A stretch of DNA of 64,000 bases from Sedimentisphaerales bacterium. Its GTDB lineage: Bacteria > Planctomycetota > Phycisphaerae > Sedimentisphaerales > SM23-30. The notes beneath the pieces were generated by a model that was not told the DNA's origin, ran no database searches, and saw only the letters and a list, made by a program, of their open reading frames with translations. Where the stretch lies: assembly GCA_963663965.2 (NCBI GenBank), contig CAXXFK010000030.1, positions 64,001 to 128,000 of the forward strand, in the 5' to 3' direction. This document shows positions 20,296 to 31,554 of this stretch, piece after piece (position 1 is the stretch's first letter; each line of letters opens with the position of its first letter). Both the position numbers and the translations under genes were made by a program.

Positions 20296-21558
20296 TCAGA
20301 TAATTTTGTCGAGCAGGTGGTTCCAGAAGAGGGTGGATTTTTGTTTGCTTTCCACGGAAACTCTCTGGCGGCGGCTGGATGGGGTATTATGCCTGGGCAA
20401 AATACGATAGGGGCCGGTGCAGGCCCAGTGTGTTAAATCGGGCGGGAATTTGAGGATGCATAGTAAGGCCAGGAAAAAGCATATCGGGACCACACACAAT
20501 GTGTTAATAAGAAAGAGTTTGTCAGGCAATAAAGTTGAATATTTTATAATCAGCTGGGCTGCTTTGAATGGGATCAATGTCAGTAGGATGGCCAGAATGG
20601 GAGCAACGAAAATGATGTCATAAGATGGGATGATCCATTGACCTGACCGTAATCGCCCCCAGAATGAAATGGGTGACAATCCGCAGCTAAAGATATACTT
20701 GAATCTGGAAATAATACTGACGTAAAGAATAATATTAACATTAGTGAATATGATAAAAAATGATGATATTGAAAATATTTCTTCCGTGCTTGTGAACAGC
20801 TTAATAATAGCCGGCACTTCAATCCACCAGGTAATAATGCCGCAGATAAGCAACGCTTTTTTCATACTGATGGTGCGAATCGTATCAGCGGGAGACAGAA
20901 TGCCAATTTCTGAATTAGTTAAGGTAGCCAGAAATAATTTGTTTTTTTGCGAGACAGGCACGTCTTTTTCAAAGCTGGTGTTCCAGGGATAATTCTTGAG
21001 CCAATCGTTTATCAAGGAGGCGCAGAGAATATAGAGTATGAGAACGGCAAAAGTAGTCAGCCAGGGAATACGATAAGACCAGATGCAGACCGGCATGATC
21101 AAGAAAATGAAAATGGACCGGATCGGGTAGTCTTTCCAGCGCAGCAGTATAAAATGAGTTACACTGTAGCTGAACAGAATCAGATTGAGAATAAAAGTTG
21201 GAGCAAAAACCGGGATGGAGACTGTCAGATAACGGGTTCCAGAAAAATAATACAACGCCGTGAAGGCGCTGATCATGAAGAGGTCGATACTGTTGAGATG
21301 GATGGGGCCCAGTAATAAGCGATTGTTGCTGGGGTATGGGCTTAAGGCTGTGAGTTGATGATAGGACGGTCTGAAAAGGGGGTGATAATATAATACGCGC
21401 CAAACCGCATAAGTCGGTGCAACGATCGAAGTCAGGACCACGCAGGGATTGTGAATTTCGCTATTATTATTTTCCAGATGGCCGATCAGGTAGAATAATC
21501 CGATAGTAGTGAGATTACCTAAAAGAAAGGGCAGGGTAAAACGCCATTGTTTTTTCAT
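20296..21558 (-). CDS. multi-pass membrane protein, probable ABC permease partner
   Basis: Many TM segments; overlaps stop of ABC ATPase gene. Confidence 0.65.
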   Translation of the reverse strand: MKKQWRFTLPFLLGNLTTIGLFYLIGHLENNNSEIHNPCVVLTSIVAPTYAVWRVLYYHPLFRPSYHQLTALSPYPSNNRLLLGPIHLNSIDLFMISAFTALYYFSGTRYLTVSIPVFAPTFILNLILFSYSVTHFILLRWKDYPIRSIFIFLIMPVCIWSYRIPWLTTFAVLILYILCASLINDWLKNYPWNTSFEKDVPVSQKNKLFLATLTNSEIGILSPADTIRTISMKKALLICGIITWWIEVPAIIKLFTSTEEIFSISSFFIIFTNVNIILYVSIISRFKYIFSCGLSPISFWGRLRSGQWIIPSYDIIFVAPILAILLTLIPFKAAQLIIKYSTLLPDKLFLINTLCVVPICFFLALLCILKFPPDLTHWACTGPYRILPRHNTPSSRRQRVSVESKQKSTLFWNHLLDKII

Positions 21559-22334
21559 GACAGGCGCTCCTTGAGGTAAGTTTCTACTTTGTCAAGCGCC
21601 TGGGGATTGCCAATTTTTTCCAGAATTTCCGCCAGCGAGCCATTGCACTGGCTTTGCTCGCGCAATTCCTGAAGAGTGCCACAGGTCAGCATCTTGCCGG
21701 ACTGGATGACGGCAATGCGGCCGGACAGTTCTTCAACGAGTTCGGGGACGGGCACGGCGATGACAACGGTGCTTTCTTTACGCTCGGCCAGGCGCCGCAG
21801 GATGCGAGTGACGGCAACCAGCGCCGATGAGTCCAGACCGCCGGAAAGGGGTTCATCCAGGACCATGACCGGGGTTTCGGTGATGAAGGCGGCGCAAAGA
21901 CCGATTTTTTTGCGTTGACCGGTTGAATAGGAATGAATGAGCGAATCGCCCTGATCTTTCAAATCGAAAATGTCCAGCAGGGATTCCATGTGCGGTATCA
22001 TTGCCATATCATCCCGTCCCCACAGGCGGCCGATCCCGAGGATATATTCACGCCCGGTCAACCCCAGGGGTAAATATGGATCGGCCGGCAGGTAAAATAC
22101 GATTTTTCGAATTTCTTTTTCGGCGGCAATAGCGCTGCGGCGGACTTTGGCATCGATAATAATCTGGCCGCGGGTGGGTTTCATCATGCCGCCAATCAAG
22201 GCCAGTAGGGTGCTCTTACCCATTCCGTTAGGACCCATGACGGTGACTAACTCACCCGCTTTGATATGCAGATTGATTCCTTTTAAGACCGGTTTGACGC
22301 TATAGGTATGCCAGACATTGTCCACTTTAATCAT
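21555..22334 (-). CDS. ABC transporter ATP-binding protein
   Basis: GPNGMGKST Walker A, YSTGQ signature, VLDEP Walker B. Confidence 0.93.
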   Translation of the reverse strand: MIKVDNVWHTYSVKPVLKGINLHIKAGELVTVMGPNGMGKSTLLALIGGMMKPTRGQIIIDAKVRRSAIAAEKEIRKIVFYLPADPYLPLGLTGREYILGIGRLWGRDDMAMIPHMESLLDIFDLKDQGDSLIHSYSTGQRKKIGLCAAFITETPVMVLDEPLSGGLDSSALVAVTRILRRLAERKESTVVIAVPVPELVEELSGRIAVIQSGKMLTCGTLQELREQSQCNGSLAEILEKIGNPQALDKVETYLKERLS

Positions 22335-22430
22335 AAACAGGCCTCTTATATTGTTTTTGGTCGGTTACTATATAGACGCAAGAACAACCCAAGTATTTCA
22401 TGGAAGTGTAATCTGTTGTATCAGATAGAG

Positions 22431-24374
22431 TTAGCGACGACTCTTTTTTTGGGGGGGGCTTTTCTTTGTTTTTTTATGAGGGGTTGGGTTGGGGGAGGTG
22501 TGTTGACTGGCCCGAATCTGGTTCAGCAGTTTTTGTTTTTCGGCCGGATTCATTGGATAATCACGGAGAAATTCACTGATCAGCTTCCAGGATTGGGGTT
22601 CATAGTAACGCAACAGGGCCATCTGGAGCCGTTTTTCTTTGCGGCCGGAGGGAATATGAATCGGCCGGCCGTCGGGCGCCCGGCCAGAGGCGTACATGGC
22701 GCATGACAAGGTAAGGGGTATGGGGGTAAAATCCTGAACCTGGCGAACACGCCAGTTGCGTTTGATCAGGTAACGGCATAATTCCATGGCGTGTTCCACG
22801 GTGCTGCCGGGATGGCCGCTGATGAGGTAGGGAACCAGATACTGTTCTTTATTGGCCCGGCGTGATGCTTCGGCAAAGAGGTGTTCAAATCGTTCGAATT
22901 GTTCAAAAGATGGCTTGCCCATAAGCGCCAGGATATCCGGACAGATATGCTCGGGCGCGACTTTGAGGTGGCCTCCGACATAATCCCGGCAGAGCAATTC
23001 AATATAGTTGGTTTGTCTGGGATTTTGCGTAGCCATGGCCAGGTCGTAACGGACTCCTGACGCCACAAAAATGCGAACGGGGGGTTTCTGGTTTCTGGCC
23101 CATTGTCCCAGGGTTCGCATCAGGTCCATTAAGGCGTGGGTGTCTTTATCCAGATTGGCGCAGACGCCTTTGCTTAAGCAGCTTGGTTTATTACAGGTGC
23201 GTTCACAACTGCAGTTCATACCGTACATATTGGCCGTTGGTCCCCCAACATCAGAGATAGTGCCGCGAAAATCGGGATGTTTCAAATAGCTATGGGCTTC
23301 GTTGAGGATGGATGTTTGTGAACGGCGACTGATAACCTTGCCTTGATGGTAGTAGAGTGAGCAGAACGAACAGCCGCCAAAGCAGCCGCGATGGGTGGTT
23401 ATGGAAAATTGCACGGTCTCCAGTGCAGGTATTCCTCCAACTGCGGCGTAACGTGGATGGGCACATCGGGTAAAAGGCAGATCGTAGAGTGTATCCATTT
23501 CTTCCAGGGTCAAAGGCCGAGCCGGGGGTAAAACTGCAATTGAAATCGGGCACTGGTCCTGGATAACCGGTTTGCCGTTATGGTCAGCCTGGGGATGGTA
23601 GGCCTGATGGGCAGACATAATCTGTCCGGGATCCTGCTGTTGAGTTTCCAATGAAGGCAGGGTAACGGATGGTTCGGGAGCTATTCTTCCTTTGGTGACT
23701 GGCCAGGCGGTACCGGGAATGTCGGTCAGGGTTTCAATGGATTCGCCGGCCTGAAGGCGACGGGCGATTTCGGTCAGGGCCAATTCTCCCATACCGTGTA
23801 CCAGTAGGTCCGCTTTGGCATCGATAAGCACCGAGCGTTTGAGTTTGTCTTCGATATAATCGTAGTGAACCAGCCGGCGTAATGAGGCTTCCAGGCCGCC
23901 CAGAATAATCGGGACCTCTTTGAATGCTTCGCGGGCTCGTGCGGCATAGGTCAGCAACGGCTTATCGGGTCGTAATCCGGCCTGTCCGCCGGGACTGTAG
24001 CTGTCCTCTTTTCGTTTGTTGCCGAAAGAACTATACTGATTAAGCCGGGTATCGACACAACCGGATGTGATACCCCAGAACAGGCGGGGCGGACCGAACT
24101 GACGAAAATCGTCAGCGCTTTTCCAATCGGGCTGGGCCAGGATCGCCACGCGATAGCCCTGATGTTCCAGCCAGCGTCCGATGAGGGCCACTCCAAATGA
24201 GGGATGATCGACGTAAGCGTCCGCGGTAACCAGAATCGCATCGACATAGTCCCAGCCCCGCAGTTGCATTTCTTGGGCGCCGGCCGGCAGGAGTTGCCTT
24301 ATGTCTGGATAGTTGTTTGATGATCGACTGGGCGTACGACTCTTGCCAGGTTTGTTGTTTAATGCTTTAGTCAT
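22431..24374 (-). CDS. YgiQ (UPF0313) family radical SAM protein
   Basis: DAYVDHPSFG, GGLEASLRR, HRGCFGGCSFC, DVGGPTANMY, LKVAPEH, QVQDFTP. Confidence 0.93.
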   Translation of the reverse strand: MTKALNNKPGKSRTPSRSSNNYPDIRQLLPAGAQEMQLRGWDYVDAILVTADAYVDHPSFGVALIGRWLEHQGYRVAILAQPDWKSADDFRQFGPPRLFWGITSGCVDTRLNQYSSFGNKRKEDSYSPGGQAGLRPDKPLLTYAARAREAFKEVPIILGGLEASLRRLVHYDYIEDKLKRSVLIDAKADLLVHGMGELALTEIARRLQAGESIETLTDIPGTAWPVTKGRIAPEPSVTLPSLETQQQDPGQIMSAHQAYHPQADHNGKPVIQDQCPISIAVLPPARPLTLEEMDTLYDLPFTRCAHPRYAAVGGIPALETVQFSITTHRGCFGGCSFCSLYYHQGKVISRRSQTSILNEAHSYLKHPDFRGTISDVGGPTANMYGMNCSCERTCNKPSCLSKGVCANLDKDTHALMDLMRTLGQWARNQKPPVRIFVASGVRYDLAMATQNPRQTNYIELLCRDYVGGHLKVAPEHICPDILALMGKPSFEQFERFEHLFAEASRRANKEQYLVPYLISGHPGSTVEHAMELCRYLIKRNWRVRQVQDFTPIPLTLSCAMYASGRAPDGRPIHIPSGRKEKRLQMALLRYYEPQSWKLISEFLRDYPMNPAEKQKLLNQIRASQHTSPNPTPHKKTKKSPPQKKSRR

Positions 24375-24400
24375 ATTTTGCCGAATCGCATATCGGGGTG

Positions 24401-27127
24401 TTATTTTATAGGGACCTGATAATTGACCCGGCGAGTTCCTTCGGGATCGTATAATCCTACCCGGATAAACATGCCATACCATTTCAGCACATCGGGAATC
24501 AGGTACATTTTGGTTGTTGTCTGACCGGGCGGCAATTCAGTAATGGGCAGTTCCTGATGTTCAAGATTGGGCAGATCCATGAAGCTGCGCAGGGATATTG
24601 ACTGGTCCGATTCGTTGGTAATAATCTGTTGAATACGCATGCTGCTATCACCCAGCCGCTGGGCAAAGGTGCTGACGTCGATCCCGTTTAATTGTATCTC
24701 GAACGGCAGGTGCAAGTCGATCGCATAATTTCTGTCCGCGTTGATCACCATGTGCGTTCGCAGGCTTTTCCAGCCGCCCAATTCGGACGAGGGGAATTTC
24801 ACACTGATTGTTCGGCGAAATTCCTGATCATTACGCAGAACAAAATTGATGGTCTGGGGGGATATTTCCCAGCCACGTCTGCCATTACTCATTTCGGAGG
24901 TAATAAAACGAATCGAACCGGCAATCGTGTCTGGCCAGGGATTTTTAAAGACCAGTTCCATTTCCTGTCGTGAAATATCGGCTTCGACATAATCGGGTTC
25001 GAGATGGGTACTGGCCCGCAATTTGGCCAGGGGGATATTAATATCCCGCAGGATGACCGGCCATTGATTCAGAGTCAGCTTCGATCGGCCTCCGCCGTTG
25101 ATGATGGATTGAGGGTTGCCAAATATGTCTATCATGGTTGGTTCTTCACCCAGATACATATCCAGTTCAGCAGGAACATTGTCACCGTAGGGATCATAGT
25201 TATTGTTCCATACGACAAGATAGCCGATACCATGATTATCGAAAATCATTGCGTGGACCTGATGAGCCAGTTCCAATTCGTTGCAATATTTACTGCCACC
25301 CAGCAGGTCGGCGATGGTACGGAAAACCAGGAACGCTTCGGTCGGTTCCATTTGAGTGCGGGCGCTGTCGGTGCGCAGTTGCCAGGGATGACGAATAAAA
25401 ACAGAATCCGCAGCGCTGCGCTGTGAGAAAACCAGCCGCTTGGCCAGATCGATCAGGGAGTAATCCCGTTCCCGTTCGAGATTATCATACCAGTCAACGG
25501 TCAGCCAGATGGATTTGAATCCCTGATTGATGAAGTCGTCGACATAGGAAGGGATCTGATCCGGCGGTATAGAGCGGGGGAGAAAGATGGAGAGTTCTTC
25601 AGATTTCATCTGGTCGGTCTGCACCAATTGGGTGGCGGAGACCGGGGCGATCAGGATGGTATCGCCCACTAGTTTTTTGAATTCCGGCCGAATGGTTTCG
25701 ATAGTTCGTCCAATCCGGCTGTCGAGACGATAGCGGTTATAATCGTTGCTGATCTGCCAGTAAACGATCTGGCGGGCATACTGGGCTAGTAACAGCGATA
25801 AATCACTTTGCCATAACTGGGCATCCTGTTGAAACAGATCGAGGATGGTTCCGTCCGGCGTAATCATTTTATTTGCCATTTCGTCGAGAACTTCGTCGAA
25901 AACAGCGATAATTTTGATCCGTTCGCGCAGGAGTTGGAGTAATTTGCTGTCAAAATCGGGCTCCATGGCGATTGCGCCGCTGGAAAGCCCTTTTCGTCGC
26001 CAGACCGGAAGTTTGACCAGGCGGGCACGCAATGCCCGAATCATGTCAATATTGGTGTCAAGCGGGCCGGACTGGGGATCCAGAGCCAGCACGCCGAATC
26101 CCTGGCCACTCTGGTCGGCATCACCGTAGAGGGGCGCCAGTACGCCAAAGGTTATGCGGCGGCTGGCGATTTGTTCTTCATTGGAATAAATATGCAGATA
26201 TGCAGAATAAATTCCGGCCGGCAGACTGGGGAATTCAAATGGTCGGATTTTGATTTCGCCTTCCAGTCCGGTCAGGACCCAGCGTTCGTTGTGTAAAATG
26301 CGATGCCAGCTGTCCTGTAATTCCAATCGTGCCTGATAATCGAGAGTGCCCACACCCTGAACTTCGACATCAATGCGGGGCGTCTGATCCCAGGCAAACA
26401 GATTATTATCATGAGATGATTTGAGCACCACGCGGGGGAGTTGATAGATGGATATGTCGTCGAACCAGGCTTCGGCCCAGACATTTTTTTGATAGATATG
26501 CGAGATTCCGCCACTTTGCGCCCATTGCTCTTCCTGCATGAACCAGATGCTGACCGAAATATAGCGCGCTTCATTAAAGTTTCCGGGGACATAGACTTCC
26601 ATTTGCGCCCAACCATTATCGTCGACGTCGACAGGACCAACCAGTTTAGATTTCCGTTCACTTTCGGGGATCGGTTGTCCCATACGATCAGTCAGGATAC
26701 AACGGAGTTGCGCCCGGCAGCGGTCGGCTTTGTTGAAAAAGACATAACCAGTGACCTGAGAGTCGCCACCGGGTTTAACCAGGATTCTACGATGGTCAAA
26801 TTCATAGGCGACACTGCCGCCGTTGGGGGCCATTTTGAAGCTGTATTGTCCACTGCGGGCGTGGGCGTTATCCAGCATGCCTTCGGAATAATGGGGGTAT
26901 CCATCGCCGGCGTCCAGTTTATTCCAGTACATGGGCAATTCCTGGAAGTTAACGGTGCGTTCTTCGAAATCGAAGGTTTGGGTGACCTGCTGGCCGGAGA
27001 GTTGTTCATGAATTGGCCGATTGGGGGGGATGGGATTGTTCTGCGCGTAAGCGGAGGTGTTCCATGCTGCCAGACAGATGGTCGTAACTATTTGTATTAT
27101 AATGAGATATCGCTGTTTGCGGGTCAT
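24401..27127 (-). CDS. large secreted hypothetical protein (carbohydrate-binding-like N-terminus, Ig-like C-terminus)
   Basis: 908-aa ORF with signal peptide; domain guesses from beta-rich pattern only. Confidence 0.6.
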   Translation of the reverse strand: MTRKQRYLIIIQIVTTICLAAWNTSAYAQNNPIPPNRPIHEQLSGQQVTQTFDFEERTVNFQELPMYWNKLDAGDGYPHYSEGMLDNAHARSGQYSFKMAPNGGSVAYEFDHRRILVKPGGDSQVTGYVFFNKADRCRAQLRCILTDRMGQPIPESERKSKLVGPVDVDDNGWAQMEVYVPGNFNEARYISVSIWFMQEEQWAQSGGISHIYQKNVWAEAWFDDISIYQLPRVVLKSSHDNNLFAWDQTPRIDVEVQGVGTLDYQARLELQDSWHRILHNERWVLTGLEGEIKIRPFEFPSLPAGIYSAYLHIYSNEEQIASRRITFGVLAPLYGDADQSGQGFGVLALDPQSGPLDTNIDMIRALRARLVKLPVWRRKGLSSGAIAMEPDFDSKLLQLLRERIKIIAVFDEVLDEMANKMITPDGTILDLFQQDAQLWQSDLSLLLAQYARQIVYWQISNDYNRYRLDSRIGRTIETIRPEFKKLVGDTILIAPVSATQLVQTDQMKSEELSIFLPRSIPPDQIPSYVDDFINQGFKSIWLTVDWYDNLERERDYSLIDLAKRLVFSQRSAADSVFIRHPWQLRTDSARTQMEPTEAFLVFRTIADLLGGSKYCNELELAHQVHAMIFDNHGIGYLVVWNNNYDPYGDNVPAELDMYLGEEPTMIDIFGNPQSIINGGGRSKLTLNQWPVILRDINIPLAKLRASTHLEPDYVEADISRQEMELVFKNPWPDTIAGSIRFITSEMSNGRRGWEISPQTINFVLRNDQEFRRTISVKFPSSELGGWKSLRTHMVINADRNYAIDLHLPFEIQLNGIDVSTFAQRLGDSSMRIQQIITNESDQSISLRSFMDLPNLEHQELPITELPPGQTTTKMYLIPDVLKWYGMFIRVGLYDPEGTRRVNYQVPIK

Positions 27128-27266
27128 GAATCCTCTTGTCGATCAGCTGGTTATCGGAACAGGATATACGTACAGTAACTATATCGGCAAAATTCCGATA
27201 ATACCAGATTAAGTGAGAAAAAAACCCGTTAAGTCGTTTATCTGATGCAGCTGATCACCAGGAAAT

Positions 27267-28298
27267 TCAGCGGAGTTCATCGCATCCGATATCAATTTGA
27301 TCCCCGACGATACGGTCTTCCTGATCGATATCGGTTTCTGTCTGCAATTTTGTGATAATACCGGCGTCCACACAGACGGAACTGGAAGAGGAAATATGAC
27401 CCTCGCTGTTCAGTTGTGGGTCGGTTTCGATGTTGCCTTTGCCGCCGAAGAATTCCTGCAGGACGCAATAGCTGACCTGGAGTTCGTTCCAGGCGTGGCC
27501 GCCGCCCAGGCCGGGATACTGGTTGTTCCAGATAATGGTATTGACAATAGCGGCAGAGGTGCCCAGGTCGCCGATGCCGTAAATGCCGCCGGCGAATTCG
27601 GCTTTATTTTCGATAATGGTGCAATTAATCACATAGATCGAGCGGTTATCGCGACAGTAGATTCCACCGCCTTTGCTTTCGGCGGTGTTATCCTGCAGCA
27701 GGCAGTTGATAATTTTCAGGTGTTTATTATCGTTGCAGCAGATCGCGCCACCGGTATGGGACGAAAGATTTTCGCGGAAAATGCAATTGGAAATAAGAAC
27801 ATTATCCGTATAGAAACAGGCAATCGCGCCGCCATTGCTGTTGTGGGCGGTATTGTTTTTGAAAAGGCAATTGCGAATGGCGGGGCTGCCGCCCTGGCAT
27901 AAAATTGCGCCGCCTTCGAAGGCGACACCGTTGGTGATGGTCAGCCCATCGACCACTGCATTGGGATCTTCGCCGTTTCGAAAGATAAATGCACGGTGTA
28001 AGTCAGAATCTGTACCCTGACAATCGATTACTGTCGATTCAACGATGTTCCAGTCGTCGGGCATTTCGGAGCGAACGGTAATCAGTTTGCCTTTAAAATC
28101 GATATCGCAGTTGCCCGGGCCGGTATATTGGCCTGGTTTTAAAATAATGTTATCGCCGTTGGAAGCGGCATCGACGGCTGCCTGAATGGTGTTATAATCA
28201 TCGGGAACGCGCAGATCTGCTGCCCACAGCGTCGCGGCGCTGAATAAAGATAATATCATCACAGATGAAATCAGCAGGGTTGTTTTGCGAATTCCCAT
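27267..28298 (-). CDS. secreted parallel beta-helix repeat protein
   Basis: VPDDYNTIQAAVD, repeated F..N.A..GGAI.C, terminal DIGCDE. Confidence 0.85.
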   Translation of the reverse strand: MGIRKTTLLISSVMILSLFSAATLWAADLRVPDDYNTIQAAVDAASNGDNIILKPGQYTGPGNCDIDFKGKLITVRSEMPDDWNIVESTVIDCQGTDSDLHRAFIFRNGEDPNAVVDGLTITNGVAFEGGAILCQGGSPAIRNCLFKNNTAHNSNGGAIACFYTDNVLISNCIFRENLSSHTGGAICCNDNKHLKIINCLLQDNTAESKGGGIYCRDNRSIYVINCTIIENKAEFAGGIYGIGDLGTSAAIVNTIIWNNQYPGLGGGHAWNELQVSYCVLQEFFGGKGNIETDPQLNSEGHISSSSSVCVDAGIITKLQTETDIDQEDRIVGDQIDIGCDELR

Positions 28299-28748
28299 AA
28301 TAATTCAATCGTTCCTAACTCACCATTATTGCAGAAATTATTCTCGATTTCCAGCTTTATTCACAATCATTAATCACGTTTTGACTAAGTAATTATTAGA
28401 TCGTCTATTATAGCAGTAATCTTGAGGTCGCTTCTATTTAATTATTGGGGTTTCAGGACAATAAAAGTAGTTTTTATTAAAAAAAGTTATAAATTGTTAT
28501 AATTCAGGTGTTTGTAAAGATTTCGGGATATCGGGAATGGGTGAATATTTCTTAAAATATACCAAATATTGTACTTATGATGATTATTGGTCTGTATTTT
28601 GTATTCGGTCCAGATGCTATAATCCAGATAGCCGCTGTTGTGGGCGGCAGTAATGTAAATTTATGTTCTTTTGTATAAGACGGTTATGAAATGGCCGAAA
28701 GAGTAAATGATATGTAAAAGGTGATCAAGAGGTTAAGTTTGGTAAGAT

Positions 28749-29327
28749 ATGATTGAGCGACAGAGCCAGTTTAAGGATCGCAAACAATCTCCAACCCGGC
28801 AATGCCGGTGGAATGGCGGGGGCGGTTTCAGCCTGGTTGAGCTGGTGATTGTCATTGTTATTCTGGCGGTGATCGCGGCGATTGCGGTACCGCGGATTAA
28901 TACGGCGGGTGAAAAGGCCGAGCGGGTGGCATTGCGGGCGCGGCTGCGGACGGTGCGGGACGCGATTGACCGGTATTATGTTGATCATCGAAATATCTAT
29001 CCGGGGGTGCGGACCGATGGGGTTAATCCGGCGGGTTCGAAGGAGGCGTTCAAGAACCAGCTGCTGCTGTACAGCAATATCAAGGGGGTAGTATCGGAAA
29101 AGCTGGATCCGGCGTATCCATTCGGGCCTTATATCCGGGGCGAGTTTCCGGCGTTGCCAACTGGGGATAATGAGGGGAGTGACGATGTGTCGATAGTGAG
29201 CAGCGCTGATGCGATCGAAGCGGATACCAGCGAGGATACGGGTTGGGTATATAATGCCGGGACAGGGGAGTTTATCGCCAATTCGGATGAGACGACTGAG
29301 GATGGTGTTCGGCTGGATAAGTTTTAG
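28749..29327 (+). CDS. prepilin-type N-terminal cleavage protein (GspG-like pseudopilin)
   Basis: GFSLVELVIVIVILAVIAAIAVP type III signal; L..VR.AI..Y..DH...YP. Confidence 0.9.
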   Translation: MIERQSQFKDRKQSPTRQCRWNGGGGFSLVELVIVIVILAVIAAIAVPRINTAGEKAERVALRARLRTVRDAIDRYYVDHRNIYPGVRTDGVNPAGSKEAFKNQLLLYSNIKGVVSEKLDPAYPFGPYIRGEFPALPTGDNEGSDDVSIVSSADAIEADTSEDTGWVYNAGTGEFIANSDETTEDGVRLDKF

Positions 29328-29791
29328 CGGGCGGTTGTAAGTGTTGCTTTAGTAGTGGGTTAATGCCGGTTTTGTGTGGATTGGGTTCGTTTTGTTTTGG
29401 GTTGGCGGCAGTATGAGAAGGGGGCTATTTAAGAAAGTACGGCCATATTCCGTGGGGAAGTGGAGATAGTGGAGAGAACGGGCTGGTCGGGTGTATCGGG
29501 ACAAGTCTTTAGCGACGGTGGGAAAGCAGGGAGATGAAGAGAACGAGACCAGATAAAACGAGGATGTAATTTTAATGTGTTTTAATATAAGAAGTTATAA
29601 CCACGAAGCGCCTTCGGCTGCACGAAGAGCGCCCTCCTGAGGCGGATCTACGACCTGCGGCGCTACACGAAGGGCCAGTGGCCTGGTTTAGGTATTGATT
29701 TAAATGGTTTCTTTTTTGATTAAAATGCGATAATCCATTAATTTACAGTGAGATAGAGATCGTTTTTTTATTATTGGGTTCGTTTGGGAAC

Positions 29792-29919
29792 AAGGTGAAT
29801 AGTCAAGAAGGCAAGAAGTCGGGAAGGTGAGAAGGCGAAAAGGCGAATAGTCGAAAAGGCAAAAAGGTAAGTAGGTAAGAAGGCAAGAAGGTGAGGAGGC
29901 AAAGAGTCGAAAAGGTGAA
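29792..29919 (+). repeat. 16 tandem degenerate octamers (consensus about AAGGYRAR)
   Basis: aaggtgaa tagtcaag aaggcaag aagtcggg aaggtgag aaggcgaa aaggcgaa tagtcgaa ... aaggtgaa, counted directly. Confidence 0.9.
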
Positions 29920-30034
29920 GAATTAAAACCCTGTTCATCTGGGCCTACCTTATGTTGGCGGTATTTGGTTTTCAAAGAGCGCATGGTTTAATGGCTTTTT
30001 TGTTTCGGATGGCGGGAGGATTAACCTTTGGGTT

Positions 30035-30063
30035 ATTATAGGGCATTGTTTTGTGTAAGTCAA
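30035..30063 (-). promoter_or_regulatory. sigma70-type promoter
   Basis: TTGACT-17 bp-TATAAT on minus strand. Confidence 0.8.
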
Positions 30064-30819
30064 ATATATTGTTATGTATTTTTATTAGTTAATTTGTGGC
30101 TGTTTGATAGGGGGTGATTCTGGATTATGGCGTGGCCGGGGCGTGTTGGGCGGGCCAGAAGGGTGGCTGGTTTAGAATTGGATTGATTCTTGATATTGAG
30201 ATCGTATAATAAAGGGGTATTCAGGTTGATTTTACAAAACTGGTTTGAGTGGCTGACCATGGAAAGAGTAATGGACAAGGATATTGTGTTTGGCCGGGCC
30301 GGCTGTGGGGTTGGGTGGCGATGCGCATTGGGAGTGTTTATGGTGAAGCGGGTACTTTTTAACTGATGGGAAATTTATGCATGCTGATTTTCAGTTGATG
30401 ATTTTGGGATTGATCGAGATAGTGTTGGCGTGTGACCGGCCGGTTTTGCAGGAAGTCTCAGGGGGGTCAAGCCGCAAGCAAAGAAAAATCGTTCACGCAA
30501 GGCCGCGAAGCCACGAAGAGTAACAGCCATTTAGACAGGATCACAGGATTGATAGGATGGATCAGAAGGAATGTAAAATGCAGAATGCAAAATGGGGAAG
30601 GGTGGCGTTGCTTGTGACATTTTGTTTTTTAATAGAGATGGTTACATGATGGCAATTGACGCGTCAGGCACCCACAAGCTCGCTTTGCTGCGCTTGAAGA
30701 TGGTACTCGAGATGGGGTGTCGAGGCTGGCCGGCTATTAGCAGGAAATATAATGTATCCTTAGATGAGGGAGGCTCATTGTCAAATGATAAGATCCTGTC
30801 ATCTCGATTTATTTAAAGA

Positions 30820-31092
30820 GTGCAATTAATGGATATAATTTTCAAAATATTACTTAATGACGAGGTTACAACTATACCATTAGGTTTAATATGTTTATTT
30901 TTAGCACATCATACGCATAAAAAAGTGAAGGCTAAAAACTTAGAGTTGCTAAAGAAAGGGGATATCACTGAGACAGAATGGTTAGAAAAAGAAAAGTCTT
31001 CAAAAGTTCTCCCTATAATTATTTCCATATGTGCCATCATTGGAATCATTTTTGAGATACTGGCTTGGTTATCGCCAGGAAATAATCAATGA
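30820..31092 (+). CDS. small two-TM hypothetical protein
   Basis: AT-rich 90-aa ORF with two hydrophobic segments. Confidence 0.6.
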   Translation: MQLMDIIFKILLNDEVTTIPLGLICLFLAHHTHKKVKAKNLELLKKGDITETEWLEKEKSSKVLPIIISICAIIGIIFEILAWLSPGNNQ

Positions 31093-31268
31093 AGAAAAAA
31101 GCAAAATATGTAATGTTGTATATGGCGCTTGTTTTAGGCTGGTCGCTTTCTGTATATAAAAATATTTCAGAGAACATTGCCATGGATAAGGTAATTATCA
31201 TCGGTGTGATTAGTTTTATCATGTTATCGGCAATGTTTGTATTTATGGTAAAGAAATGGGGGCGCTAA
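31089..31268 (+). CDS. small two-TM hypothetical protein (59 aa)
   Basis: Hand translation MKKKAKYVMLYMALVLGWSLSVYKNISENIAMDKVIIIGVISFIMLSAMFVFMVKKWGR; ATGA overlap with previous gene. Confidence 0.55.
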   Translation: MKKKAKYVMLYMALVLGWSLSVYKNISENIAMDKVIIIGVISFIMLSAMFVFMVKKWGR

Positions 31269-31554
31269 TATTTAAAATTTCAGACAGGATCACAGGATTG
31301 ACAGGATGGATCAGAATGAAATTAGAACTGTATGCCAATCAGCCGGAGTACAAGTGCAGCACTAGGGCGATTAGCACTTATGTGAGCATTGAGTAGGGAT
31401 GTTGAGACTGGATAGAGTTCTGAACCGTTGGTATTGAACCCCAATCAATATTATTCTCAATTGCCCCATAGCTGATTTTGTGTGAGATGGGTAAAAGAGA
31501 TTAATGGCAGAATATTTCTTTCACCACCTCAAAAAAACAATTCTGAAATATCAC

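Larger units (their letters stand above)
29338..30063 (-). other. non-coding composite element A (promoter, boxA-like, octamer repeats, two bipartite motifs)
   Basis: Same motif order as 36990-37758; no credible ORF. Confidence 0.7.

Noticed and set aside
29700..29984. 94-aa ORF over the octamer repeats, and similar ORFs at 37461-37932, 40736-41225 and 47640-47939
   Set aside because: Low-complexity translations of non-coding repeats; the two homologous elements do not share a conserved protein.
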